A DNA stretch of 63,147 nt, filler included, from Octopus bimaculoides (taxonomy: Eukaryota): the NCBI RefSeq assembly GCF_001194135.2. It is 6 parts of 6 records of this genome, joined end to end, with 100 filler letters (N's around TTAATTAATTAA, not from the genome) between each part and the next. Parts side by side here need not be neighbours in the genome. Positions count along the whole stretch, not along the records: positions 24,188 to 44,575 come from NC_068999.1; positions 44,676 to 53,163 come from NC_068992.1; 4 more parts are not named here. One strand, written 5' to 3'. The position numbers were made by a program, and so were the translations under genes. Shown here piece after piece: positions 38,881 through 51,753 of the stretch; position 1 is the stretch's first letter; the number at the start of each line of letters is the position of its first letter. The notes under the pieces are model-generated. The model worked only from the letters and a program-made list of their open reading frames with translations. It was not told the DNA's origin and made no database searches.

Positions 38881-39108
38881 TTCTGGCAGATTCAAATATG
38901 AATAACTAATTGCTGTTATTTTTCATCAACAGAAAACACCTCCTCCCTTTAGATGATGTGCAAGGGGACTTCAAGACACTGGGGCTTTTGAAGTCTGCTT
39001 ACACTGATAATCATATATGTTATGAATACACATCATTTAAAGGGAGGAGGTGTTCTTTGTAGGTGAAAAACAACAGCAGTCAGATATTCATATTTGAATC
39101 TGCTAGAA
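38881..39108. repeat. ~80-bp inverted repeat with ~70-bp spacer; right arm re-duplicated at ~39290-39440
   Basis: ttctggcagattcaaatatgaata...cacctcctccctttagatgatgt versus acatcatttaaagggaggaggtg...tattcatatttgaatctgctagaa. Confidence 0.8.
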
Positions 39109-39863
39109 TGTATTGAGAATAAAGAGATATGTTATTGTTTGGATTCTTACAGTTCTGTCTGCACCCCATGGATTATTATCTATTTGTCTGATACCAACGG
39201 GGTTGCTTTGACTGAAGAGACATACAACAAAGTTGAAATATTGCTGTATCTCAAAGTTTTCTTTCACTAGTGAATTGTGTCTTATGAACAAACATCATCT
39301 AAAGGAGAGAAGTAGTATCCATTGATGAAACAACAGTGATCTAATTGTTCACATCTGAATCTGCCAGAATGTATTAAGAATGAAGAGATATGTTATTGTT
39401 TGGACTTTTGCTGTTCTGCATGCACCCATTGAATTATTTAATTTTTACTTTGTTAATAATAAATCAAACAAAACATACTTTCAGTAAATACTAATGTCAA
39501 GTTTTTGAGGAAATTGGGAAAATATAATAATCAAGCACAAGGTTAAATTTAAAAACAAAACAAAAATTAAAAACCAAGCCACCAAATGCATAAAGGGAAA
39601 CTGATTGGAGTCAAATGAAAAGGAGGAGCAGGAGGAGAGACTGGTTATTAGCTTGTTTTTTTAAATGACTCATGCCAAAAAAACATACCTGTAGCTTATT
39701 GAATGAGGATACAACGAAGAGCCATTATTAAACCATCTGAATAGGTAGAAGATGTAATCATGTTATACTGTGATACTATATGTATGCAGCTGAGGGTGTT
39801 GATGTATTTGATAACACTTCTGTTGTGTACAGACATGTATAAGTGCATATATGTGAGCACTCA

Positions 39864-39894
<31 letters not shown>

Positions 39895-40859
39895 TAAAGG
39901 ATATAACATACTTAAAGTAGTGAGCCAAAACATGTTTAATTAATCAAAATTACACCAATAATGAACAGAAAAATCATTAACTTTCGTGATTAATTTTTGT
40001 TAAGACAGACAAAGGACATAACTCTGGGCATGTTGAGAGAAAGGGCAATATGCTTGTAGTGTGCATATGCGTTCAAAATGTAGGTATATCTGTAGTGTGT
40101 GTATGAAAGAAATGTGTACAAGTGCAAGGAGGTACTATCCATAATGTATCTGGTTGAAATTATAGTTTTGCAAAGCCTGGCACAGATTACATAGTATTCC
40201 CATTGTTGGTAACAGAAGCAGCATATGGAAGTGTACTGGTCAGGAGGATTCTACATAATTGCTCCACTGACAATGCTTATGTCACTTGCAGCTGATCATT
40301 GCCAATAAAAGTAAGTACCTTTACCTTTCCTATAAACTACAGTGGGTGTCATCACATAAGGTACTCAAAGAATATGAAACTGATTACAATTGATTAAAAT
40401 ATCAGGAAAAACAAGCAGCAAGAGGAAACCAAAAAGAGAAAATAGAGGGAAATGACAACAATAACTGAAGTAGCAAAATCCCACTATGTACACCACATAA
40501 AGTCTAGCTTTGAACAATTATCTCCATTAATTGCATTATAAAGTGATAAAGAAGTAAAAGCCAAGCTTGGTAAAATTTGAATCAGGTACTTTATAATAAA
40601 ATTCAGCTGTTATTTTATGAGTTATCATTTTACAAATAGATAGTATTAACTATTTATAAATCCATTGTATTACACAATATTACATATTTACTTAGTGCTA
40701 TCTATTGAAATAGCAACCATTTATTGCTATTGCAACATAAAATTTCTGAAAAGGCCAGAATTTGAGATGAGAAAGAAAGTAATTAGAGAAAGGTCTACTG
40801 AGACTTGTGAAAGAATAAATATAGCTTAGTGACAGTAATGAGAATAAAGACCAACATAC

Positions 40860-40964
40860 TCCATCTTCACTGAAAGCAGGAATCAAATCTTCTTGATCAC
40901 CAGCAGGAGGCAATGGATGGAATACAAACATCATTACCCATATTGGTAAGAGCAGCTTAAGGAC
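40860..40964 (-). CDS. Candidate 105-nt phase-0 internal exon (VLKLLLPIWVMMFVFHPLPPAGDQEDLIPAFSEDG), product unknown
   Basis: Minus strand acceptor ttttctcttataattcacag|GTC and donor GGA|gtatgt; only one frame is open. Lies in non-repetitive-looking, CpG-poor DNA. Confidence 0.35.
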
Positions 40965-41391
40965 CTGTGAATTATAAGAGAAAATATAGTTTTACAAAAT
41001 TTCGAATAATAAACAAGTTGCTGAATTTATTTTATTTTAAAACAATGCAACCAGTGTCCAGTCATGTGTCATTTTTCACAAAATTCATCTTATTTATGCC
41101 TCAGACTGCTTTGTATTTATTTTACCAGCCCCTTTCAGCTTTACACTTTAATGGAGTCTTTAAAATATGAATGATGAAGAGAAAGTGGAAAGGCTTCATA
41201 AAGGATAGATATCAAAATATGATATTGTAGAGAGTCTGTCTATTATTGTAATATGATCTCATTATATTTGAAAGATATATTACACTATGGATATTTTGTC
41301 TTACAAATGTTTTCTGCCCTTCTCCCAATTGTAAAACATCATTTAACCTACAGTCATGAGTTATGTATTTGTTGAAAGCAGCAGCAAATAA

Positions 41392-41432
<41 letters not shown>

Positions 41433-41542
41433 TGCGTGTGTGTGTGTGTGTAATTTAATAATAAGGGAAGGAATTGATATTAATCAATTAAAACCAGTGG
41501 TCTAGAATATTTAAAAAAATCCGAAGATTAAAATTATATTAC

Positions 41543-41619
41543 ATACAAAAATAAGAGGAATGACCAGCAAAAGTGGAAGCATATAGGAGTCCTCTTTTGC
41601 TGGTCATTCCTCTTATTTT

Positions 41620-41624
<5 letters not shown>
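41543..41624. repeat. Perfect 31-bp inverted repeat with 20-nt loop
   Basis: atacaaaaataagaggaatgaccagcaaaag (41543-41573) / cttttgctggtcattcctcttatttttgtat (41594-41624). Confidence 0.9.
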
Positions 41625-41656
<32 letters not shown>

Positions 41657-41684
41657 AGGTTTGGAGGTGATGTACAGGAATTAT

Positions 41685-43245
41685 ATATTAGAAAAAATAA
41701 TAAGGTACTCAGATATCTGGATGGTTGTACATTTACAGATTTTTATTAATATATCACATGTTTTATAAACACTAGTGCTTGCACCTATTCTTGTAGGTTC
41801 TTCAAATATAATTTCACTTCAGAGGATCTGTCTCTTTTTATGGTATTACTGAATGTGTAGGGGTGGAGAGAGATATATAGGATAGTAAAAGAGGGTAAGG
41901 AATGGAGGGGAAAAAGTGAGAGTGTGTGTGTGTGTGTATGTGTGTGTGTGTGCTTTTGTGTGTGTGAATGTTTTTTGTGTTGGCGTGTGTGTGTGTATAT
42001 GTGTGCGTGTGTGTATGTCTGTGTCTCTGAAAGGAGTGTCAATGGGAAAGAGAAGGAAAGGTGAAAGAAAAAAGAAGAAAATTGTGTTTACAGCTGGTCA
42101 GTTCTTTCAATGACAAGTTTATTCTTGGCCTTTAAAAATGGCAAAACCAGGTGGCATTGTTTGGAAGAAAGTTGTTTTTCAATGAGTTGCAATCATTGTC
42201 CAGTGGGAGAGAGTGTGGGTGTGTTTTTGTAAAGAATTGTTCCTTATTTTTATTCCTCTTGAAANNNNNNNNNNNNNNNNNNNNNNNNNNNNNNNNNNNN
42301 NNNNNNNNNNNNNNNNNNNNNNNNNNNNNNNNNNNNNNNNNNNNNNNNNNNNNNNNNNNNNNNNNNNNNNNNNNNNNNNNNNNNNNNNNNNNNNNNNNNN
42401 NNNNNNNNNNNNNNNNNNNNNNNNNNNNNNNNNNNNNNNNNNNNNNNNNNNNNNNNNNNNNNNNNNNNNNNNNNNNNNNNNNNNNNNNNNNNNNNNNNNN
42501 NNNNNNNNNNNNNNNNNNNNNNNNNNNNNNNNNNNNNNNNNNNNNNNNNNNNNNNNNNNNNNNNNNNNNNNNNNNNNNNNNNNNNNNNNNNNNNNNNNNN
42601 NNNNNNNNNNNNNNNNNNNNNNNNNNNNNNNNNNNNNNNNNNNNNNNNNNNNNNNNNNNNNNNNNNNNNNNNNNNNNNNNNNNNNNNNNNNNNNNNNNNN
42701 NNNNNNNNNNNNNNNNNNNNNNNNNNNNNNNNNNNNNNNTTTGGGAGGGTTTCTAGGGATGGTAGAAGAAGGAAGAAAAGAAAAAAGGAAGAAGAGAGAA
42801 GAAAAAAAATAGAGAATAATAAATAGAAAGTATAAAGAAAACAAAAAATGTCTTCCTGTTTTTTCTTTGTTTTTAGTTCTTTCCTTTAAAAATCTTTGTC
42901 CTTTCTTTTTATATACACTTTGATACTATTTAGAATATATTCCTGTCATACATTCATTTATTTTTTATTTTTGGTAAGGTGTAGTTCTGCATGAGAGTAT
43001 ATTAGTATAATATTTGTAAATTTGAAAAATCAAATTAGTAAAATCAATTAGTAAAAATAACTATATATATATCATATCACACGTATACACATATATATAC
43101 ATACAAAACATATTCCTTGTTCTTCTTTTTTCTCTTTCAAACATTTAGCTTATATATGTATAAAAGAAATGAAAGTTATTCCAAAATTCTGATGACTTTT
43201 TTTTTTCAATATTTAATTCTGTACATCACACCTAACACTCTACAC

Positions 43246-43286
<41 letters not shown>

Positions 43287-44545
43287 TGTGTGTATGTGTG
43301 TATATATATGTATATATATATAGGTATGTATGTATATATGTGTGTGTGTGTGTGTGTGTATATATAACCGTGACTGGTGAAATATCACTATTTCTGTAAT
43401 GATTTGTACTGGATGAAGGATCAAATTTGTAAAGTAAACTAATTTTTTTTATATTTCACCAACAATTTTCATCCTTTCACATACTTCACTATCTTTGTAT
43501 TTTCATACCTTTACATATACTTTCTTTATCTTTGTAATTATATTTATTTGTATTTNNNNNNNNNNCCTTTCACATACTTCACTATCTTTGTATTTTCATA
43601 CCTTTACATATACTTTCTTTATCTTTGTAATTATATTTATTTGTATTTTTATTCCATAACAGATTTGATCCTAAAAGTGAATTCAAAACTATTTTAGAAC
43701 TTGTTATTTCAGTATCTAAAACAATGGCACTGTTTGCCAATTTATATTGGTAAATGACTACAGAAATGCTATATTTTAAATTTATTTTTGATCCATGCCT
43801 ATGACAAAATGAACTTACCAATATTTAGATACCTCACTCATTGATTCATCACAATATTTCATTATTCTTAACCATTATCCAACTTTGGAACAACAGAGCC
43901 TAAAAACGGCAAGAAACCCAGATAGTGGGACATTTTTGTGCCAACTAGAATTGAACCCAATTAATTTGGTTTTCATATTTGTCTTCTACCTTTTTTGAAC
44001 TGACCAGCTGTATAGATGTAAACACAATTCCTTCTTCCTTCTTTCTTTCCTTCTCTTTTCCATTGACACTCCTCTAAGATACACAGGCACAAACACAAAA
44101 ACACACCCACACTCTCTCTCCCACTGGACAATGATGGCAACTCTTTGAAAAACAACTTTCTTCCAAACAATGCCATCTGGTTTTCTCATTTTTAAAGACA
44201 ATTTTCTTCTTTCTTCTTTCCTTCTCTTTCCCATTGACACTCCTTTCAAATACACAGGCACACACAAAAACACTCACACACAAAAACACACACACACACA
44301 CACTCTCACTTTTTCCCCCTTTCTCACCCTCTTTTACTATCCTATATATCTCTCTCCACCTCTACACATTCAATAATACTATAAAAAGAGACAGATCCTC
44401 TGAAGTGAAATCATATTTGAAGAACCTTCAAGAATAGGTACAAGCACTAATGTTTATAAAACATGTGACATATTAATAAAAATCTGTAAATGTACAACCA
44501 TCCAGATATCTGAGTACCTTATTATTTTTTCTAATATATATATAT
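41685..44545. mobile_element. Large inverted duplication: arms ~41685-42263 and ~43985-44545, probably paired PLE-type terminal repeats
   Basis: aaggtactcagatatctggatggttgtacatttacag... and gcattgtttggaagaaagttgtttttc are mirrored in the right arm, which also has an internal duplication. Confidence 0.75.
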
Positions 44546-44575
44546 ATATATATATTCAAAAATTCTTATCGCTCC

Positions 44576-44675
44576 NNNNNNNNNNNNNNNNNNNNNNNNN
44601 NNNNNNNNNNNNNNNNNNNTTAATTAATTAANNNNNNNNNNNNNNNNNNNNNNNNNNNNNNNNNNNNNNNNNNNN
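44576..44675. other. Artificial 100-nt assembly spacer
   Basis: N44-TTAATTAATTAA-N44. Confidence 0.95.
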
Positions 44676-44970
44676 GAAAAGATCATTCCATTTATAGTGA
44701 CACAAAATCCATGCCACCAGAACATCTTTAATATCGCCAAAGCGAACTTACCGATCCTTGCACAAAGTAAGGAATTGAGAAATATCATTACAGATCAAAA
44801 TATAACTCTCAGTAAGAGACAACCTAAAAACTTGAAAAAGCTATTAACAAAGGCAAGGTTTGACCTCAGCAACAAAAATCAAACATTCACTGTATCCAAA
44901 TGCAATGATAGCCGATGCGGCACATGCCGATCAATCCACACCGGCCCATATATGAACACAAAAACAGTTG
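44676..44970 (+). mobile_element. Penelope-like element RT-to-endonuclease linker fragment
   Basis: IPFIVTQNP...SKRQPKNLKKLLTKARF...SKCNDSRCGTC (CxxxxCxxC linker). Confidence 0.8.
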
Positions 44971-45598
44971 AAATTGACTACTTAATTTTTATTTACTGAG
45001 TTCTCCCTTCCATAATATACAAATAATAATTCTTATTTAAGTAACTTCAAATATGGTTACTTCTAAAAAAAAATAGTAATATGTTGATATCCATTATTAT
45101 AGCCTAATTCTATATCAATGGTGTATTATATGTTATAGTATTTGTAGCTCTAAATTTAACTTCATTAGTACGGAATTCTCCCTACGATAAATTAGATCAA
45201 GATATTTTTTTGTTAGGTTTCTATTCATATTTATTACGCACAGAATTCTCCCTCCGATAAACAATAAAGAACATGTTTTGTTAGTTACTTTAAACAATCT
45301 TTTTTATATCAATAATTTTAAATAAGTAGAAGAGTTATTATATATATAAAATATAAGTATCATTTATATCTTTTACACGTGTCATTACAGTTTCTAGATT
45401 AAGTAAAACATAAATAAATTATTGGATTATCAATTAGATCTCTTAATTTAATTTATTGTTTGTAATTTGATTTATACTCATATTTATGTGGTATTCAACT
45501 GGCGTGCCAGTGAACTGGATATTTTACACATCCCTTTGGAGGAATTTTTGACCTTGGTTTGTTACTTTATACATACATACACACACACATATATATAC

Positions 45599-45633
<35 letters not shown>

Positions 45634-48600
45634 NNNNNNNNNNNNNNNNNNNNNNNNNNNNNNNNNNNNNNNNNNNNNNNNNNNNNNNNNNNNNNNNNNN
45701 NNNNNNNNNNNNNNNNNNNNNNNNNNNNNNNNNNNNNNNNNNNNNNNNNNNNNNNNNNNNNNNNNNNNNNNNNNNNNNNNNNNNNNNNNNNNNNNNNNNN
45801 NNNNNNNNNNNNNNNNNNNNNNNNNNNNNNNNNNNNNNNNNNNNNNNNNNNNNNNNNNNNNNNNNNNNNNNNNNNNNNNNNNNNNNNNNNNNNNNNNNNN
45901 NNNNNNNNNNNNNNNNNNNNNNNNNNNNNNNNNNNNNNNNNNNNNNNNNNNNNNNNNNNNNNNNNNNNNNNNNNNNNNNNNNNNNNNNNNNNNNNNNNNN
46001 NNNNNNNNNNNNNNNNNNNNNNNNNNNNNNNNNNNNNNNNNNNNNNNNNNNNNNNNNNNNNNNNNNNNNNNNNNNNNNNNNNNNNNNNNNNNNNNNNNNN
46101 NNNNNNNNNNNNNNNNNNNNNNNNNNNNNNNNNNNNNNNNNNNNNNNNNNNNNNNNNNNNNNNNNNNNNNNNNNNNNNNNNNNNNNNNNNNNNNNNNNNN
46201 NNNNNNNNNNNNNNNNNNNNNNNNNNNNNNNNNNNNNNNNNNNNNNNNNNNNNNNNNNNNNNNNNNNNNNNNNNNNNNNNNNNNNNNNNNNNNNNNNNNN
46301 NNNNNNNNNNNNNNNNNNNNNNNNNNNNNNNNNNNNNNNNNNNNNNNNNNNNNNNNNNNNNNNNNNNNNNNNNNNNNTATACATATATGTACAATTATAT
46401 ATATATACACATATATATACATATATGTATTCATATATATACATAGATATACATATATATGTATATACATGTATAACTACACACACACACACACACACAC
46501 GTGCTATCATTACACACGCACACACACATACCTCCTTCTCTTGCACTCTCCTGTCTTTTAAAAGAAAATTTCCTCCACCCTTTCCCTTCCAGTCATTCCA
46601 ATATGTGACCGCGTGTGCATCGTTGGTGATTTTCTTTCTTTTCTTTCCTTTCCTGAGCGTCCAATAACACTGTACTTATTCCACGTCCTCGCGTTGTTTT
46701 TTCATGTTTTTTTTTCGTGTTTTTCTTGCTTGTTCATGTTGAAATTGACTATATACCGCATGCTCACACGGACCCCGGCCTTTTGACTGATCTTGGAGAT
46801 ACCAATTCCTGGATATACCAGTTCCTTTGGAGTTACCAGTTTCTGTTCATTCGGATTACGCCACTCCACTCATGATTGGATATTATCATAATTCATCCGT
46901 GACTCTTCCACTTTTTCTCGTCTCCGTCTACCTTTCTTCTTTCCACTTCTACTTTTCTCTTTTTGTCGCCAACTAAAACACCTACACCGACACTCACACC
47001 CTCTCCCCATGCCTGACCTCCACTCCTTCCTCCAACACCTTCAATACCTTCTTTGCCGTTTTCTTGCCTTTTCCCCCACTTAATGCTTGCAACCCGCAAA
47101 AAAGACTCTCTCACTTGATTGTTAAAAAACTCGCCACTCTAGTCATCTCTCTTTTCTTAGCCGTTGCCTCCACTATCACGTGACACCCCGTGGCTTCCTC
47201 TTGAAGTTCCACGCCACCCCCCTATTCCTCCTCCTCATCGAGCCCATCCTCGCCCGCATTTCCCGCCTCCTCATCCGTACCACCATCCGTTCCACCCGCT
47301 TCCTCCTTCATTCTCTTGACCACAAACTTCCCCAAGCTTACCTCCTCCTCTCCTCCCTCTGCCCTCCACCCTTCACCCAAACCATTCTCCGCTTCATTCT
47401 TAATCTCAACCACCAACTCCNNNNNNNNNNNNNNNNNNNNNNNNNNNNNNNNNNNNNNNNNNNNNNNNNNNNNNNNNNNNNNNNNNNNNNNNNNNNNNNN
47501 NNNNNNNNNNNNNNNNNNNNNNNNNNNNNNNNNNNNNNNNNNNNNNNNNNNNNNNNNNNNNNNNNNNNNNNNNNNNNNNNNNNNNNNNNNNNNNNNNNNN
47601 NNNNNNNNNNNNNNNNNNNNNNNNNNNNNNNNNNNNNNNNNNNNNNNNNNNNNNNNNNNNNNNNNNNNNNNNNNNNNNNNNNNNNNNNNNNNNNNNNNNN
47701 NNNNNNNNNNNNNNNNNNNNNNNNNNNNNNNNNNNNNNNNNNNNNNNNNNNNNNNNNNNNNNNNNNNNNNNNNNNNNNNNNNNNNNNNNNNNNNNNNNNN
47801 NNNNNNNNNNNNNNNNNNNNNNNNNNNNNNNNNNNNNNNNNNNNNNNNNNNNNNNNNNNNNNNNNNNNNNNNNNNNNNNNNNNNNNNNNNNNNNNNNNNN
47901 NNNNNNNNNNNNNNNNNNNNNNNNNNNNNNNNNNNNNNNNNNNNNNNNNNNNNNNNNNNNNNNNNNNNNNNNNNNNNNNNNNNNNNNNNNNNNNNNNNNN
48001 NNNNNNNNNNNNNNNNNNNNNNNNNNNNNNNNNNNNNNNNNNNNNNNNNNNNNNNNNNNNNNNNNNNNNNNNNNNNNNNNNNNNNNNNNNNNNNNNNNNN
48101 NNNNNNNNNNNNNNNNNNNNNNNNNNNNNNNNNNNNNNNNNNNNNNNNNNNNNNNNNNNNNNNNNNNNNNNNNNNNNNNNNNNNNNNNNNNNNNNNNNNN
48201 NNNNNNNNNNNNNNNNNNNNNNNNNNNNNNNNNNNNNNNNNNNNNNNNNNNNNNNNNNNNNNNNNNNNNNNNNNNNNNNNNNNNNNNNNNNNNNNNNNNN
48301 NNNATGAACTTATCTCCTCTTCTGCCCCCTCCCCATTGCCATCAACCTCATCGTCCGAACACCCCATACCTCCACCATCTATTTCCTTCCCAAAATACAT
48401 AAACCCGACAACCCTGGCCGCCCTATCGTTTCTGACTGTAATTGCCCCACCGAATTCATTTCCAAATACCTTGACCGCATCCTGTCCCCTTTAGTTGCTT
48501 CCCTCTCATCCCACAAACACGACACTAACCATGCCCTTCGCCTCTTCAATTCCTTTTCCTTCCCTCCCGGCCCCTCACACCTCCTCTTCACCTTGGACAT

Positions 48601-49879
48601 CAAATCCCTATACACGGTGATTCCCTACAACGACGGTCTCTTGGCCCTCCAATACTTCCTCGACCGTCATCCTCCTTTGCCTGGCAGAGCTCGTCCTCAC
48701 GTTCAACTGCTTTACATTCGCTGGGGAAACCTAACTGTTGGGATCGCGATGGGAACGAGAATGGGCCCCAATTTCGCCAACCTCTTTGTTGGCCACATTG
48801 AGGCCCAAGCATTCTCCTAATTCTCCGGGCCGACCCCAGAGCTATACGGTCGCTACATAGACGACTGTATAGGGGCCACCTCCCTCTCCCGTGAACAACT
48901 CTGCCACGTCATCTCTTTCTTCTCAACTTCTACCCTTCTCTCCAATTCACTTCTACTATCTCTAACACCTCTGTTAACTTCCTGGATATCTCTCTTACCA
49001 CTGACCACCCCTCCCACTCTCTCACCACCTCCGCCTTCTTCAAACCCACAGATTCCCACCTCTACCTCTACCAACTTCTCCTCCTCCCATCCTTTCCACA
49101 CCAAACGAGCCATCCCCTACTCCCAGTTCCTCCGTCTCCGACGCTTGTGCAGGCGGGACCAAGATTTTGACACCCAGTCCCNNNNNNNNNNNNNNNNNNN
49201 NNNNNNNNNNNNNNNNNNNNNNNNNNNNNNNNNNNNNNNNNNNNNNNNNNNNNNNNNNNNNNNNNNNNNNNNNNNNNNNNNNNNNNNNNNNNNNNNNNNN
49301 NNNNNNNNNNNNNNNNNNNNNNNNNNNNNNNNNNNNNNNNNNNNNNNNNNNNNNNNNNNNNNNNNNNNNNNNNNNNNNNNNNNNNNNNNNNNNNNNNNNN
49401 NNNNNNNNNNNNNNNNNNNNNNNNNNNNNNNNNNNNNNNNNNNNNNNNNNNNNNNNNNNNNNNNNNNNNNNNNNNNNNNNNNNNNNNNNNNNNNNNNNNN
49501 NNNNNNNNNNNNNNNNNNNNNNNNNNNNNNNNNNNNNNNNNNNNNNNNNNNACCCCCAGCCCCACCCGGATCCTTCCCGTGCTCCATATCCCGCTGCAAC
49601 ACCTGCTCCTTCATCACCAACATTACTTCTCTTAGTGGTCCTAACCAGCAAACACTTCATATAAGAAATTCCTTCTCTTGCACCTCTTCTAAGCTCATAT
49701 ACTGCATCAGATGCAACATCTGTGATAATCTATATGTAGGTCAGACGGGCTGTCGACTGGCCGACCGGTTCACCGAACAGCTAAGGGATGTTCGACTACG
49801 ATCGAACACCCCCGTCCCCCATCACTTCCGTTTAACCAACCACTCCCCCTCTAATATCTCCGTCTTTGGCCTCGCAACA

Positions 49880-50920
49880 AAATGTACACATAACCCGACA
49901 CACATTTCCACGTTCACACACATATACACACGCACGCACGCACATACACACATGTACACAGGCAAATACACACACACATACACACGCACATACATATACG
50001 CACACACATATACACACGTACATACACATACATACACACACTAGTACATGCACGCACATATACCTCCAACACACACAATGCACATACAGACACGCACAAA
50101 ATTACACACACATGAGCAAAAAGAACACACACGCACATACACGCACATACTCACAGGTGTAAACGGATGCCCGCACATACAGGTACGCACATATACGCCT
50201 ACACAAACCTCATACACAACCCATGCACACACGCATACACAAACTCACATGCACACATATACATACACACAATATATACATACACGCACACACACACACC
50301 CGCACGCACACATGCATATGAACACAAACATACCTAACACTCACAACCCCACGCATACACGTATACACACCCGCATACGCACACACATACATACACATAC
50401 ACGCACATACAACTACAGGCACATACACATACACACACACATACACACACACATGCACATGCATACACGTGCAAAATCGCACTTATACCCCCTACACAAC
50501 CCCTCGTTCACACACACATGCACAAGCACACATACACACGCACACACATGCACACACACAAAATACACACGCACATACACTCACACGCACACATACATAT
50601 ACCCACGCACACACATACACGCACACGCAGATGAACCCACACATACCTCCCATACACACACAGCACACACTCATACATACACACGCACAATTATACATAC
50701 ATGTACACTCACACACACGCACATACAAGCACACACAAGCACACACACAGAGTAAAGTATAATTACTCCACAGATACAATCTCACGCGCGCACACACATA
50801 CCCACATTTGCACACACATCCATACATACCCACACGTACACACACATACATACACACACGCACACTGGAAACAAAACACACGCTCACTACATATATATAC
50901 GCACACACACATACTTCAAA
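49880..50920. repeat. ~1-kb imperfect (CA)/(CATA)-rich low-complexity tract inside the PLE
   Basis: Direct reading; begins immediately after ISVFGL of the GIY-YIG region. Confidence 0.9.
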
Positions 50921-51072
50921 CTACCAGTACTTTTCTACTGACCATTCTCCTACGGACATGCGTAGGTAGACACGCAACAGGCAGCCTCTTCTAGCAAATT
51001 CTTACTATAAAGTCTTCTTATGACCTTAACGATATTATGTCCAACCACACACATACATAAATAGTCACAACT

Positions 51073-51103
<31 letters not shown>

Positions 51104-51277
51104 TACACACACACACGTGCTATCATTACACACACAAACATACCTCCTCTTGCACTCTCCTGTCTTTGAAAAGAACTTTTTCTCTACCCTTTCCCTTCCA
51201 GTCATTTCAATATGTGACCGCGTGTGCATCGTTGGCGACTTTCTTTCTCTGTCTTCCCTTCTTTGGACTTTTCCTAT

Positions 51278-51312
51278 ATTTCTGACGAAGATCTCCGATC
51301 GAAACGTTAGAT
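51278..51312 (+). ncRNA. Minimal type-I hammerhead ribozyme in the PLE 3' pseudo-LTR
   Basis: attt-CTGACGA-a-gatc-tcc-gatc-GAAAC-GTT-agat: stem I attt/agat, perfect stem II gatc/gatc, AACGTT palindrome. Confidence 0.75.
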
Positions 51313-51539
51313 TCTCCTTCTTTTCTTTCCTTTCGTGAGCTTCCAATAACACTGTACTTATTCCAAGTCTTCGTGTTGTTTCTTCGTGTTTTTTTTTTCT
51401 TGNNNNNNNNNNNNNNNNNNNNNNNNNNNNNNNNNNNNNNNNNNNNNNNNNNNNNNNNNNNNNNNNNNNNNNNNNNNNNNNNNNNNNNNNNNNNNNNNNN
51501 NNNNNNNNNNNNNNNNNNNNNNNNNNNTATATATACAGA

Positions 51540-51580
<41 letters not shown>

Positions 51581-51753
51581 GTATGTATATGTATATATGT
51601 AAATGTATATGTATTTTTTCAATGTGTACAAATAACACGGAAAAATAAATAGTTACCAGAGTAGAAAAAATTTACAAATGATGTTACAGCCTACTTATAA
51701 AGCTACAAATTCCAGGGTATAGTGAAATATTTTTTTATGACAGATAAATTGAC

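Larger units (their letters stand above)
46480..51400 (+). mobile_element. Near-complete Penelope-like element (Neptune-like, C/T-rich) between two direct pseudo-LTRs (46480-46730 and 51070-51400)
   Basis: RT: KPDNPGRPIVS..LDIKSLYTVIP..GIAMGTRMGPNFANLFVG..RYIDD..FLDISL..IPYSQFLRLRRLC. EN: CSISRCNTC..SCTSSKLIYCIRCNICDNLYVGQT..RLADRF. Flanking direct repeats gtgctatcattacacac...tgtgaccgcgtgtgcatcgttgg. Confidence 0.9.

Noticed and set aside
43470-43650. ~80-bp exact direct repeat on both sides of a short N gap
   Set aside because: Typical unmerged contig overlap (assembly artefact).
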